In this document: one piece after another, positions 51,042 through 60,295 of the stretch | Position numbering within the stretch: the stretch's first letter is position 1 | Layout of the letters: every line of letters begins with the position of its first letter | NCBI GenBank assembly: GCA_963793265.1 | Contig: CAWBZI010000001.1 | Coordinates: forward strand, 1,376,001-1,440,000 | Source of the DNA: an uncultured cyanobacterium | Lineage (GTDB): Bacteria > Cyanobacteriota > Cyanobacteriia > Phormidesmidales > Phormidesmidaceae | DNA length: 64,000 nt | Direction: 5' to 3' | Position numbers and translations under genes: made by a program | The notes under the pieces: model-generated | What the model was told of the DNA's origin: nothing | The model's input: the letters and a program-made list of their open reading frames with translations, nothing else | Databases searched by the model: none

Positions 51042-54000
51042 TCAATCTCTATTCGAGAAATCAGAAGCCCTGTTAAGAAACTGCGTATATTCTGGCTGAA
51101 ACAACAGCTTTACGGTGCCCGTTGGCCCATTGCGATGCTTGGTTAAAATAATCTCTGCAATGCCGCGATCAGGCGTATCAGGATCATAATATTCTTCGCG
51201 ATAGAGCATCATAATCAAATCTGCATCCTGCTCGATTGCGCCCGAATTATGCGAAACAATACCATCTGCGACCCATGAGGCTGGCCCCGGAACTGTTAAA
51301 TCGTATACTGGCGCTTCACCGATAGGTTCAATAGATACGATTTCGTCCCAGAAGATATGAGAACCTGCAATCTCTTTAAGCCTCGGTCTTTCTAGAACGT
51401 TGACAGATCTTGGAGAGACTTCTGGCGTTGAAGAGAATTTAGGATGAGATAGTCTACTGTAGGAAGTTCCCGTTAGTACAAGTCTAGAGTCAGGCCAGGG
51501 CTCTGCGGACTCAGAGATCTGAAGAATGTGGTTTGCTACGGCAATCCGGTCGCCAACTTCTAAAGTTTTTATCCGCTGCCATCCATCAAATGTATAAAGG
51601 CGGTGCTTACCAGTTGCTTTCAGCTTTCGTCCGCTGGCAGTCGTAATTTCGTAGATAGACTTTACACCTACCTGCCAAACTAAGTCTGTTTTAGCTTTAA
51701 TTAACTGACCTCGGCCATCTAGGCTAATAACTTCAGGCGCTTGTCCAACTAAGTCGGCAATGGGCAAACGTCTACCATCAGCGAGCCATACCAGCGTGTC
51801 TCCCGTAACGCATTCTCTAAGATCAGACATCATGGGGCGCTTGTTAGTTCGAGACTCTACGCCACGGCTGAGCTGAGATAGCGCAATCACAGGGACGTTG
51901 AGTTCGCGAGCTAGTCCTTTGAGCGATCGCGTCATTTTAGAAAGCTCCTGCACCCGGTTATCGCCACTGCCCTCCATCAGTTGCAAGTAATCAATCAATA
52001 TAAGGCCCAGCGACCCACCCTGCTCTGCCTGCAACCTACGCGCCTTAGATCGAATCTCTGTCACGCCAATGCCCGGCGTATCGTCAATAAAGATAGGTAG
52101 CTGTGAAAGCGTATTAATCGCATGGCCCATCGGCTCCCACTCGTGCTGAGCAATTCTTCCAGTACGCAACCGGCCACTTTCAATCTTCGCCTCTGAAGAA
52201 AGTAGGCGATAGATGAGCTGCGCTTTTGACATCTCTAAGCTGAAAATAGCAACAGGCTGACGATGGGTATCTGCGATGTTGCGAGCTACGTTAAGCACAA
52301 AGCTTGTATTGTGTACACAAATGTCGTTAGCAACAAAGTTGTGAGTATCTGGAATAGTAAGATCGTAGACTTGTTGAATGCCAATAGGCTCGATAGCAAC
52401 AATTCTATCCCAGTAGATTTCGCTGGCGGCAAGATCTTGCAATGGCCGATCTTCTAGCGCGGTTGCTAGCGCTGATAGTCGAGGCCGACTGAGTGCTCTA
52501 GTACCAACGTGAATGTTACTTGAACCTACCAGTTCTGCTCGCCTGGCCAGTGCAGACCAGCTTTCCGCACCCTTCGCAGCTTTTAAGTTCTCCCAGACTT
52601 CAACTGGAACAAGGTCACGATTGGTGTGGTATTTTTTGGCAGTGATCACCTCTGCAACTCGATTAACAGAAGATTCTTTACTAAAAATACCAATCTCATT
52701 TACAAAGATCGAGAGCGCGGCAGCATCAGTAATATCTAACTGCCAGGCGACTCGCCGTGTGCCTTGATACTTCATGTTACGCCGCTTGAGCGCGGCAATA
52801 ATGCCAAATCGAAGCAGTAAATGCTGAATTTGCTGAGCAAGCTTTTTACAGACAGAGGCATAGCCAATTTGAGCCTGTCCGCTCGCGAGCACAGAGGCCC
52901 AGCCATCCGTTGCAAATAGCCGATTCAAAAATAGGGCGAGCTGTGGTTTGGGCAGTGTGAAAACCACATCAGGAATGACTTTATTATGAGCGCTGCACTG
53001 CCACAGACCCAAGCTTTCTAACCATGCCGAAACTGGGTTCTTTTCAGATCCTTCATCAGTATCAGCGGTCACGGCTAAAGACGGGACGCGCGTTCCACGA
53101 CTGGTGTTCACTCTGACTTTCACGCAGGGGAAGTGATGTACCGCCTCGGTGAAGTCGGTTTGCATGAGGACGTTCGTATTCGTAAACCTCGGAGAGCTGC
53201 CTGTCAGCCCGCCGTCACCAATAAAATAGGCCAGAAGTTTGACTTCGTGATCTGGGAGGGGTTGATTGCCGAAGATAGATAGTTTTCTAGGGACGGCAAT
53301 GTGATCGCCCACTCCTAACTCCGCTAAAGGTGACCACCCATTCATCGTCAAATAAGGATGCGTCAACGTCGTCTCAACCTGTCGCCCTAACCGCGTAGTG
53401 ACTCTAAAGACAGGCTTCATACCATCATCCACGAAAGCAGAAGGCTCAGTCACTTCAAAGCGCCAGCGGCTGTTTAAAGTGAGTAAATTAGCCTGGCGCT
53501 TCTTATAAATAGCCTCAATGGTCGTGACTGAACCATCGGCTAGCAAAATTTCAGCATTGGCGCTCAGACACTTGCCCATAGCCGGACGTGCAGCGGCAAT
53601 GATGAGATCGGAGCGTTGAAAGCCCTGGGTCATCGCGTCTAAGTCATAGAAGCCGCAGGCGAGGCCAGGGAGAACCATGCCAAGCGATCGCTGCTCAATA
53701 TCCGAAAACGTATCGGTCAAAATGTCCGAAGTCGCCGTCAGTCCTGCCGTGGGCCGCTCTTGCGTAATCCCAAATAGCTGCTGCTCAGACTTATCGAGCA
53801 CTTCTTCCAAAGGCGTCTCAGTCTCGTAGCCAAGCTGAATAATCTCGCCGCCCGACTGAATCAGCTTACGGCGCGTGTACTTATCCATCACCAGCTTGGC
53901 GTACTGGTCAATATTCGCCGCGCTAATCGTGCGATCCACAAGCTGAGCCAGTCGGCTTTGCCCGCCTACCTTATCCAAGGTGCCTTTGTCCTTAAGCCAG

Positions 54001-54233
54001 GTGGCAATGCCCATCAGGTCGGTAGGCAATCCTCTCGCCTGCAAATCCAGCGCCGCCTGGTAAATGTTGCGATGTGCGCCAATGTAAAAGGCTTCAGGCG
54101 TAATGACTTCAGTAACCCGTCCAATCGCTTCAGGGTCAATGAGAATGCCGCCCAAAATCGCTTCTTCCGCTTCGATATTTTGAGGCGGTAGGCGATCAAT
54201 AGCGGGTTTGAATCGAGGTTCTGAAGCAACCAT
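51042..54233 (-). CDS. dnaB: Replicative helicase DnaB precursor with two inteins (453-aa extein)
   Basis: [54 protein letters not shown]. Confidence 0.98.
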   Translation of the reverse strand: MVASEPRFKPAIDRLPPQNIEAEEAILGGILIDPEAIGRVTEVITPEAFYIGAHRNIYQAALDLQARGLPTDLMGIATWLKDKGTLDKVGGQSRLAQLVDRTISAANIDQYAKLVMDKYTRRKLIQSGGEIIQLGYETETPLEEVLDKSEQQLFGITQERPTAGLTATSDILTDTFSDIEQRSLGMVLPGLACGFYDLDAMTQGFQRSDLIIAAARPAMGKCLSANAEILLADGSVTTIEAIYKKRQANLLTLNSRWRFEVTEPSAFVDDGMKPVFRVTTRLGRQVETTLTHPYLTMNGWSPLAELGVGDHIAVPRKLSIFGNQPLPDHEVKLLAYFIGDGGLTGSSPRFTNTNVLMQTDFTEAVHHFPCVKVRVNTSRGTRVPSLAVTADTDEGSEKNPVSAWLESLGLWQCSAHNKVIPDVVFTLPKPQLALFLNRLFATDGWASVLASGQAQIGYASVCKKLAQQIQHLLLRFGIIAALKRRNMKYQGTRRVAWQLDITDAAALSIFVNEIGIFSKESSVNRVAEVITAKKYHTNRDLVPVEVWENLKAAKGAESWSALARRAELVGSSNIHVGTRALSRPRLSALATALEDRPLQDLAASEIYWDRIVAIEPIGIQQVYDLTIPDTHNFVANDICVHNTSFVLNVARNIADTHRQPVAIFSLEMSKAQLIYRLLSSEAKIESGRLRTGRIAQHEWEPMGHAINTLSQLPIFIDDTPGIGVTEIRSKARRLQAEQGGSLGLILIDYLQLMEGSGDNRVQELSKMTRSLKGLARELNVPVIALSQLSRGVESRTNKRPMMSDLRECVTGDTLVWLADGRRLPIADLVGQAPEVISLDGRGQLIKAKTDLVWQVGVKSIYEITTASGRKLKATGKHRLYTFDGWQRIKTLEVGDRIAVANHILQISESAEPWPDSRLVLTGTSYSRLSHPKFSSTPEVSPRSVNVLERPRLKEIAGSHIFWDEIVSIEPIGEAPVYDLTVPGPASWVADGIVSHNSGAIEQDADLIMMLYREEYYDPDTPDRGIAEIILTKHRNGPTGTVKLLFQPEYTQFLNRASDFSNRD
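51246..51812 (-). mobile_element. Mini-intein (189 aa) at SDLRE/SG site
   Basis: C1 CVTGDT, block B TGKH, block F VYDLTV, terminal HN followed by Ser; no LAGLIDADG motifs. Confidence 0.93.
52308..53570 (-). mobile_element. Intein with LAGLIDADG homing endonuclease (421 aa) in Walker A (GK/T)
   Basis: [40 protein letters not shown] followed by Thr. Confidence 0.95.
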
Positions 54234-54267
54234 GAGAAGCCAATCTTGAGGGCGAGCCTTTAAACGG

Positions 54268-54302
54268 TAAAAGGGTAAGGAGCAATTCTACTCCCTACCC
54301 TT
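54268..54302 (-). terminator. Terminator-like hairpin between rplI and dnaB
   Basis: AAGGGTA-GGAG...CTCC-TACCCTT with short U-tract on the minus strand. Confidence 0.6.
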
Positions 54303-54372
54303 ACTTTAGACTAATAAACAGTACAAGTGTTCGCAGTCTTTTATAACCAGAGCCGTGGTTTAGTCAGCCAGT

Positions 54373-54834
54373 CTAGTCAGCCACGACGCGGAGATTAATC
54401 GTCGCAGTCACTTCGCTATGTAGCTTAACGTCTACCTTGTACTCACCGAGCTTATTGATATCGGGCACGTCAATCTCACGACGATCGACTTCTTTACCCG
54501 CATTCGCCTGAATCAAATCAGCCACTTCAGCCGCAGTCACCGTACCAAAAATAGCTTCGTCTTCACCCACAGCCTTAGCAATGGTAAATAGGCCAATGGT
54601 ATTGAGCGCAGTCTTAGTCGCTTCAGCCTCTTGCTTAATCGCTTCTAGGCGCTGACGCTCTTTCTCGCGGCGAAATTCCACCTGCTTAAGCACACCAGGG
54701 GTCACCCGATACGCCATACTGCGAGGAACTAAAAAGTTGCGGGCATAGCCAGGGGCTACTTCTACTAAATCACCGTCGCTCCCAAGTTTTGGGATGTCCT
54801 GTGAGAGGACTACCTGAGTTTTTTTTCTCGCCAT
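54373..54834 (-). CDS. rplI: 50S ribosomal protein L9
   Basis: LG..GDLVEVAPGYARNFLVP; IFGTVT; KLHSEV. Confidence 0.98.
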   Translation of the reverse strand: MARKKTQVVLSQDIPKLGSDGDLVEVAPGYARNFLVPRSMAYRVTPGVLKQVEFRREKERQRLEAIKQEAEATKTALNTIGLFTIAKAVGEDEAIFGTVTAAEVADLIQANAGKEVDRREIDVPDINKLGEYKVDVKLHSEVTATINLRVVAD

Positions 54835-54941
54835 TTCTTTTACTAATTGTTTCCATCGCAGCGCAGTTTATTAGTCTACTCAAGTTGTGCTAAAGGCGCA
54901 ACCGCTACGGCCTAAAAACACTGCGTAAGCCCTAACATCGT

Positions 54942-55715
54942 TTAGAAATTATCTTTCATTTCGCGGATGCGAGCGAAAACGGTCACCGGATCTTCACTTT
55001 TTGCCACTGTCTGAAGCGCCGGGCTATCCCAACGGAGAAAGGGATTCGTGCTTTTTTCAGTAGCTAGCATCGCAGGTACGGTCGGTTGGTTTTGCTTACG
55101 GGCGGCGGTGACTTCGGTGAGGCGCGATCGCAACTCCTCATTCTCCCCATCCACACTCACCGCAAACTTCAAATTACTCAGCGTATACTCATGCCCGCAC
55201 CACAGCCGCGTGTTATCCGGCAGTTGCCGCAGCTTCCCTAAAGAAATCGCCATCTGCTCAGCCGTCCCTTCAAACAAACGACCGCACCCGCCTGCAAATA
55301 GCGTATCGCCACTGAACAGCTCGCCCGGTTCGTCAGGCTCAGCCGGTGGAAAGTAATAGGCAATATGTCCTCGGGTATGGCCAGGCACAAAAAAGACTTC
55401 GGCGCTGCGACCGGCAAATGAGACGCGATCGCCCTGCCCCAGAAAATGCCTTTGCCCTGGAATACGCCCCTGATCTTGCGCGCCACCATACACCTCAGCA
55501 TCAGGAAATCGGTCAAGCAGCTCACGATTACCGCCCACATGATCGTTGTGATGATGCGTATTAAAAATAGTGACAAGGGTAGCGCCTAGCTCATTGAGCT
55601 TTTGCAAAACAGGCGGCGCATCGGCAGGATCAATGACCGCAGCCGTATTGTCTGTAGGATTGTGCAGGACAAAAATGTAGTTATCCGAGCGGGCAGGCAG
55701 GCGATAGATTTCCAT
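54942..55715 (-). CDS. gloB: Hydroxyacylglutathione hydrolase (glyoxalase II)
   Basis: THHHNDHVGG, GHTRGH, GDTLFAGGCGR, HEYT, TNPFLR. Confidence 0.95.
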   Translation of the reverse strand: MEIYRLPARSDNYIFVLHNPTDNTAAVIDPADAPPVLQKLNELGATLVTIFNTHHHNDHVGGNRELLDRFPDAEVYGGAQDQGRIPGQRHFLGQGDRVSFAGRSAEVFFVPGHTRGHIAYYFPPAEPDEPGELFSGDTLFAGGCGRLFEGTAEQMAISLGKLRQLPDNTRLWCGHEYTLSNLKFAVSVDGENEELRSRLTEVTAARKQNQPTVPAMLATEKSTNPFLRWDSPALQTVAKSEDPVTVFARIREMKDNF

Positions 55716-55866
55716 AGCGTTAAAGTCTGAGCTTGTTTTCAAGAGAACGGGTGCTCAAGATAGATTAACGAAAATACAAAGGCTTAAACACGAGGAAAGA
55801 GAAGTTGCGACCACCAAAAGAGTTGAGGACTTCCAAGTCTTATTTTTTGAAAGTCATTTCTTTTAG

Positions 55867-56577
55867 CTACAGATCTTCTGGAGAAATACCTAGCTCTTTA
55901 AGTTTAGCGGCTAGCCTATCTGCTCTCTCTTCCGCCTGTTGGGCTTCTTGTTGAGCCTGCTGAACTCTCTCCTCTGGCGTAAGCAACCTCATGCCCGATG
56001 CGTCGTACCAATATAGCCACTCTCGCTCTCGTCCCAGATAGGTTCCGCGCGATCGCCCTAGCCCCAACCCAATCTCAGGCAGCCAAACTGGATTACCTTC
56101 CAACAGTTTGTACTCCCCATCAACAAGCCGATACACTTCCAACGGCTCTCTCTTTCGCCTAGATTGCGGGTTAGGCAGGTAGATTGCGTAGTAACGAACC
56201 CCTAAAGCCGCATACCTTTCCTTCTTTTTCTCGTATTCGCCGCCATATGTTTTAGAGACAACCTCTAATGCAAGCATAGGCGGAATACCCTCTTCCTCCC
56301 ACAGCACATAGCTCAAGCGGCCCTCTTCTCCGACAAATCGTTCGACTCCAATACTCAAAAAGCCATCTGGGACGATTGCGGGCTTCTTTGGGTCAAAATA
56401 TACACCCATATCTACGCCAAAAAACCAGTCCATCCTATCGGGCCAGGCCATCGCTAAAACAGCATCCAACAGGTTAGGAATCAAATTTTGCAGCTCATTA
56501 TCCACTGGCGTCTCATCAGAATCAGGTAGCTCAGCAGAAGAGGGCAAGCACTGTCTTGGGTCGTACTGTAGCACCAT
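55867..56577 (-). CDS. Uma2 (DUF820) endonuclease
   Basis: LPDSDETPVDNELQ, VPDGF, LEVVS, Q/E-rich coiled tail. Confidence 0.93.
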   Translation of the reverse strand: MVLQYDPRQCLPSSAELPDSDETPVDNELQNLIPNLLDAVLAMAWPDRMDWFFGVDMGVYFDPKKPAIVPDGFLSIGVERFVGEEGRLSYVLWEEEGIPPMLALEVVSKTYGGEYEKKKERYAALGVRYYAIYLPNPQSRRKREPLEVYRLVDGEYKLLEGNPVWLPEIGLGLGRSRGTYLGREREWLYWYDASGMRLLTPEERVQQAQQEAQQAEERADRLAAKLKELGISPEDL

Positions 56578-56650
56578 AGTTTTACGCGTGGTTTCAACGG
56601 CTCAAAATTCTACTACTGTTATCTTAGCTGCCTCGTCGATTTCCCTTACT

Positions 56651-57433
56651 ATGAACCCGCTTTCAATCTTGACTCAGACCAAACTACAGCGCGTTTCAGA
56701 CGGTCACGCAGCATCTTTGTTCGAGTCCTGTGATTCTACAAAACGCACCCTCGTCCTTGTTTGGCCTCAGCTTGGCGACTTCGACACCTTAGAATATGCC
56801 TGGTGGGTGGAACGCGATCGCTCAAAACTCCAGTCTTACAACATCCAAGTCAGAGCCGTTGCCATAGGCGATCGCGCTGCCGGTCAAAAGTTCTGCACCT
56901 ACACCGGCTTCCCCCCAGAACACCTATACATAGATCCTGCCGCCTCACTCCACCAAAAGCTAGACCTATACAAAGGACTCACTGCTTCACTCCCCGGCCT
57001 CAGCCCACAACAAAACGGCTACTTGAACCTTTTGCTCATGTGCGCAGGCATCGGCAGTCCTGGCACCCTCAAAGAAGTCTTTCGCGGCTACAAAGGTGAT
57101 AAAAGTGCGCCTCAGCTCATTGCGGATGATGAAGTGGTGAAAGCTGCGCCTTTGCCTGCGCTGAAAGGTGAGGTGTTCAAGCGAGCAGGGGGTAAGGGGT
57201 TTCAAAGACCGTTTGAGCTGGCGACATTGCGATTGCGGAATATGGCAGAGGTGTTGGGTAATTGGAAAACTTATGTGCCGGATGCGGCGTATTTGACGCA
57301 GCGGGGGGCGACTTTTTTGTTTGAGGCTGGGGAGAGGGAGGTGTTGTATGAGTGGCGCGATCGCAACATCTTAGGCTTTGCAGAGAACATGAGCGACCCA
57401 CTATCCTTTTTAGACGGACTGTTTGATTCGTAG
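56651..57433 (+). CDS. Peroxiredoxin-like (AhpC/TSA_2) protein
   Basis: PQLGDFD, MCAGIGSPGTL, RPFELATLRL, QRGATFLF. Confidence 0.85.
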   Translation: MNPLSILTQTKLQRVSDGHAASLFESCDSTKRTLVLVWPQLGDFDTLEYAWWVERDRSKLQSYNIQVRAVAIGDRAAGQKFCTYTGFPPEHLYIDPAASLHQKLDLYKGLTASLPGLSPQQNGYLNLLLMCAGIGSPGTLKEVFRGYKGDKSAPQLIADDEVVKAAPLPALKGEVFKRAGGKGFQRPFELATLRLRNMAEVLGNWKTYVPDAAYLTQRGATFLFEAGEREVLYEWRDRNILGFAENMSDPLSFLDGLFDS

Positions 57434-57482
57434 GCGCTCAGTTTGTGAGGGCGTTGTTGCGTGATTTGGCAATAGAGATAAG

Positions 57483-57821
57483 CTACGCTTCTATGAGCCT
57501 ACAGAGTGTTTCAGCGATCACAGCCTGCGTTGACACGCTTAAGCTACCAAGCTCACGACGAACCATAGATTGACGTAGCGTAATTAGGTGATCAAGTCGA
57601 ATAATCGAAGGTTTGATCAGACCACTAATTGAGAAATCAGCACTACTGCTGTCTATTCTTATATCCGTCTTTGGCGAAAGCTTCCTAGTCTGACTGGTGA
57701 TTAGTGCAAAGATGACGTGCTGATAGACTCCAATCGAATTAGTAAGGCAGTAAGCAGGCCGAACTTTGCTAGACGAAAGGTCGTCAAAAGGGAATTGAAT
57801 TAAGACGACTTTACCCTTCAT
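57483..57821 (-). CDS. PemK/MazF family toxin
   Basis: FPFDDLSSSKVRPA, ITS, GLIKPSIIRLD. Confidence 0.88.
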   Translation of the reverse strand: MKGKVVLIQFPFDDLSSSKVRPAYCLTNSIGVYQHVIFALITSQTRKLSPKTDIRIDSSSADFSISGLIKPSIIRLDHLITLRQSMVRRELGSLSVSTQAVIAETLCRLIEA

Positions 57822-58056
57822 AGTTAACAGGGTGGCCATCGTTCAGCGTATAGATATCCTCTTCGGCATCTTGCAAAAATGCAAACGATGGATTTTTTGC
57901 AGCGGCTTCACACCATTCGCTCTCGCTGATATCGCCATCAGATTCAGCAAGTAAAACAATAACGCGCACTCTCTGATCTATAGCATCGCTTAGCGGCTGA
58001 TCTAACTGAAGATAGCCCTGACTATTCACTTTCCCAGTCACTTCTATAGCCCGCAT
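57811..58056 (-). CDS. Cognate antitoxin
   Basis: Small acidic protein, NPSFAFLQDAEEDIYT..DG motif; overlaps toxin start. Confidence 0.8.
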   Translation of the reverse strand: MRAIEVTGKVNSQGYLQLDQPLSDAIDQRVRVIVLLAESDGDISESEWCEAAAKNPSFAFLQDAEEDIYTLNDGHPVNYEG

Positions 58057-58233
58057 ACTTCTACCTTCAAAAACATGAACTCGTTTATCTTATAGTCTAG
58101 CTCAGCAACATAGCGCTTACTATCTATGGATAAAAACACATAGCCATCGGGGTAAATATGAGTATATATGCGATTAACCGCTCTCATTCTTGAAGTCTAT
58201 ATTTGACTGAGTGATTTGAGGTTTAGCTAGAAT

Positions 58234-58743
58234 ATGGAATCATTAGAACTATCACCTGCTCAATCAAAGCTAAAGTTAACGCTTTGGAACGCTGAAGTAG
58301 AAAGCTTTGACAGCCGTGATTTCTATATTTGGTTACAGGATATGGGATTGCCGGAGTCAGTCGTAACGAGGTTACACGACCTAGCACATAAAACTGTTCA
58401 TATGGGGAAGAAAGTTGTTTCTATTGGGAAAGTTCTTCTACTTAAAATCATCAACTTCGTGAAAGAAAACCCCTGCTTAGTTGCTGGAGCAGGTATAGGC
58501 ACAGTATTCGGAGCTGCTATTTATACCCTTATAAATTCTTTGCCTATGGGCCTCGGTCAAATTTTAGAGCCAATTGCTAGGATTCTAGGATTAGGCGCTG
58601 CTTCACTAGGCGCTAGCTTAGGGCATTCTCTTGATAGAGAACTTAAAAGTATGAGTCAGAGTTTGCAAGAAGCTGCAAGCAGCTTTTTTAGTCTATTAGC
58701 GAACGTGCTACGCTCACTCGCCAATCAATTTGTTCCTGCCTGA
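58234..58743 (+). CDS. Hypothetical glycine-zipper membrane protein
   Basis: GAGIGTVFG and GAASLGASLG GxxxG arrays; AT-rich. Confidence 0.75.
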   Translation: MESLELSPAQSKLKLTLWNAEVESFDSRDFYIWLQDMGLPESVVTRLHDLAHKTVHMGKKVVSIGKVLLLKIINFVKENPCLVAGAGIGTVFGAAIYTLINSLPMGLGQILEPIARILGLGAASLGASLGHSLDRELKSMSQSLQEAASSFFSLLANVLRSLANQFVPA

Positions 58744-58774
58744 ACCGATAAACCTGAATTATTACAATTGAATC

Positions 58775-59347
58775 ATGTCAAAGAAAGAACGTAGTAAAGA
58801 AGAACTTTTAAAGGCGCTTGAAAGGCTAAGAGAAGGCGGTGATAACATTTCCTTCATGGCTGATATTGGAGCTGTTGGAATCGGCGCAGTAGGCGCTGGT
58901 GCAGCAGCTTTTGCGTTTGGCGGAACTACGGCTACCGCACTGTTCGGTTTAGTTGCTATCCCTGTAGCCGCTCCTCTAGCTGTTGTTGCCGGAGCTGCTG
59001 TGTTGGGCGGCGGCGCTTTGTTCGGAGTCAAAAGAGCTTTTGAAGGCACTTATACCGATGGGAAGAAAGCAGAACTTGTTAGACAATTAGAAGACGAATT
59101 ACGTGAGATAAAAACGAAAGAACGAAAAGATAAAATTAGCCAGGAAGATAAGCGAAAGTTTCATCTCTTTCTAGAAGAACCTATTAAGTTCGACCTGATT
59201 ACGCCTGAAGATGCGCAGCAGCTCATGAAGCTGGTTGAAACAGGAGGTCTTGAGATTAGCGATGCATACCAAACTGTCATCGATATTCTTGCCGAGAATA
59301 AGGACGACAAAGGCGACAAACCTGGTTCGTTAGCACTAGCAAGCTAA
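58775..59347 (+). CDS. Hypothetical glycine-zipper membrane protein with charged C-terminal domain
   Basis: ~55-aa G/A-rich hydrophobic hairpin then coiled coil. Confidence 0.75.
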   Translation: MSKKERSKEELLKALERLREGGDNISFMADIGAVGIGAVGAGAAAFAFGGTTATALFGLVAIPVAAPLAVVAGAAVLGGGALFGVKRAFEGTYTDGKKAELVRQLEDELREIKTKERKDKISQEDKRKFHLFLEEPIKFDLITPEDAQQLMKLVETGGLEISDAYQTVIDILAENKDDKGDKPGSLALAS

Positions 59348-59569
59348 GAAGTCAATTCCAAATTTACCGCCGCTTCTCAATCTTCTTTGAGCACCAAAGG
59401 TTTGACGTATTTCATTCTCTTCACGTTTCAGCGATAGCCCATTCTTAATCATATGCTTCGCTAAGCCTTCCGGCTCAAGCTTCAAAACTGAGAAGTATGT
59501 TTCATTCACTATTAAGTCCGAGCATTGAATCATCGATGTTCGGACTTTGTGGTTCTTAGCCATCATATT

Positions 59570-59725
59570 TTACATAGCCTCTTCCGTTCTCAAGCTAGAA
59601 GACAGTTCTAACCAGCAAGACCATTTCGACATTGGCAACGTATTTCTTACCTTGTTCTTCAAATAAGAAGTCACAATCTCAGCCGACTGCAACATATCAA
59701 GCAGAGATTGAAGATCCCGATTCAT
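59570..59725 (-). pseudogene. Truncated HepT (DUF86) toxin
   Basis: MNRDLQSLLDMLQSAEIVTSY overlapping the mntA-like 3' end, then unrelated sequence and stop; no RNxxxH motif. Confidence 0.8.
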
Positions 59726-60032
59726 AAATTACCTGAGCAGAAGACAGAATTTCGTGACGGCGAAGATAGTTGGCGCTGCTTTCAATACTAGGCCGAGTGA
59801 CGACATCTACGTCCCTTCCAAAAATTGTCTTCAGATCCGCTTCCATCAAGTCGAGGTCATAGAAGCTAGGAACAGCCTCAGAGCGATATTGAATCATCAC
59901 GTCGATATCGCTGCTGTCAGGCCGAAAGTCATCACGTAAAACAGAGCCAAACAGCGCAAACTCTATCAAATTCCATTTTTGACAGAACTGCGCTATCTCA
60001 GCTATCGGCAGCTTAATGTTTTTGAGCTGCAT
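59697..60032 (-). CDS. MntA-like minimal nucleotidyltransferase antitoxin
   Basis: FGSVLRDDFRPDSSDIDV; FGRDVDVV. Confidence 0.9.
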   Translation of the reverse strand: MQLKNIKLPIAEIAQFCQKWNLIEFALFGSVLRDDFRPDSSDIDVMIQYRSEAVPSFYDLDLMEADLKTIFGRDVDVVTRPSIESSANYLRRHEILSSAQVIYESGSSISA

Positions 60033-60180
60033 GAGTTTGCTCCAATTAGCTGCCTCTATTTTGTCAGATTGCGGATGCAGCGATCGCATTCATCGCGATC
60101 GCCCACACCTACGAATCACAAATGGCGTACAATCCACACCCATCCCAAGGCAAACGAATGCCACGAGCCACACAAAATAA

Positions 60181-60198
60181 TTTACAATGTTTAACAGT
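60181..60198 (+). promoter_or_regulatory. HLR1-like (RpaB) direct repeat upstream of fusA
   Basis: TTTACAAT-GT-TTAACAGT vs (G/T)TTACA(T/A)(T/A)-N2 x2; -10-like TACCAT at 60202. Confidence 0.5.
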
Positions 60199-60295
60199 TG
60201 GTACCATTGCCAGATGCAATAACTTGATCATTTTGTAAGCACTGCTCGCTAAAGTGGTGTGCCGACGGTTTCCAAAACTCATCTAAAGAATCACC

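Noticed and set aside
59336..59566. 76-aa minus-strand ORF
   Set aside because: No recognisable motif; lies in decayed AT-rich sequence and overlaps the neighbour's end
60220..60290. Structured RNA leader before fusA
   Set aside because: Only weak, G-U-rich pairing; no recognisable riboswitch
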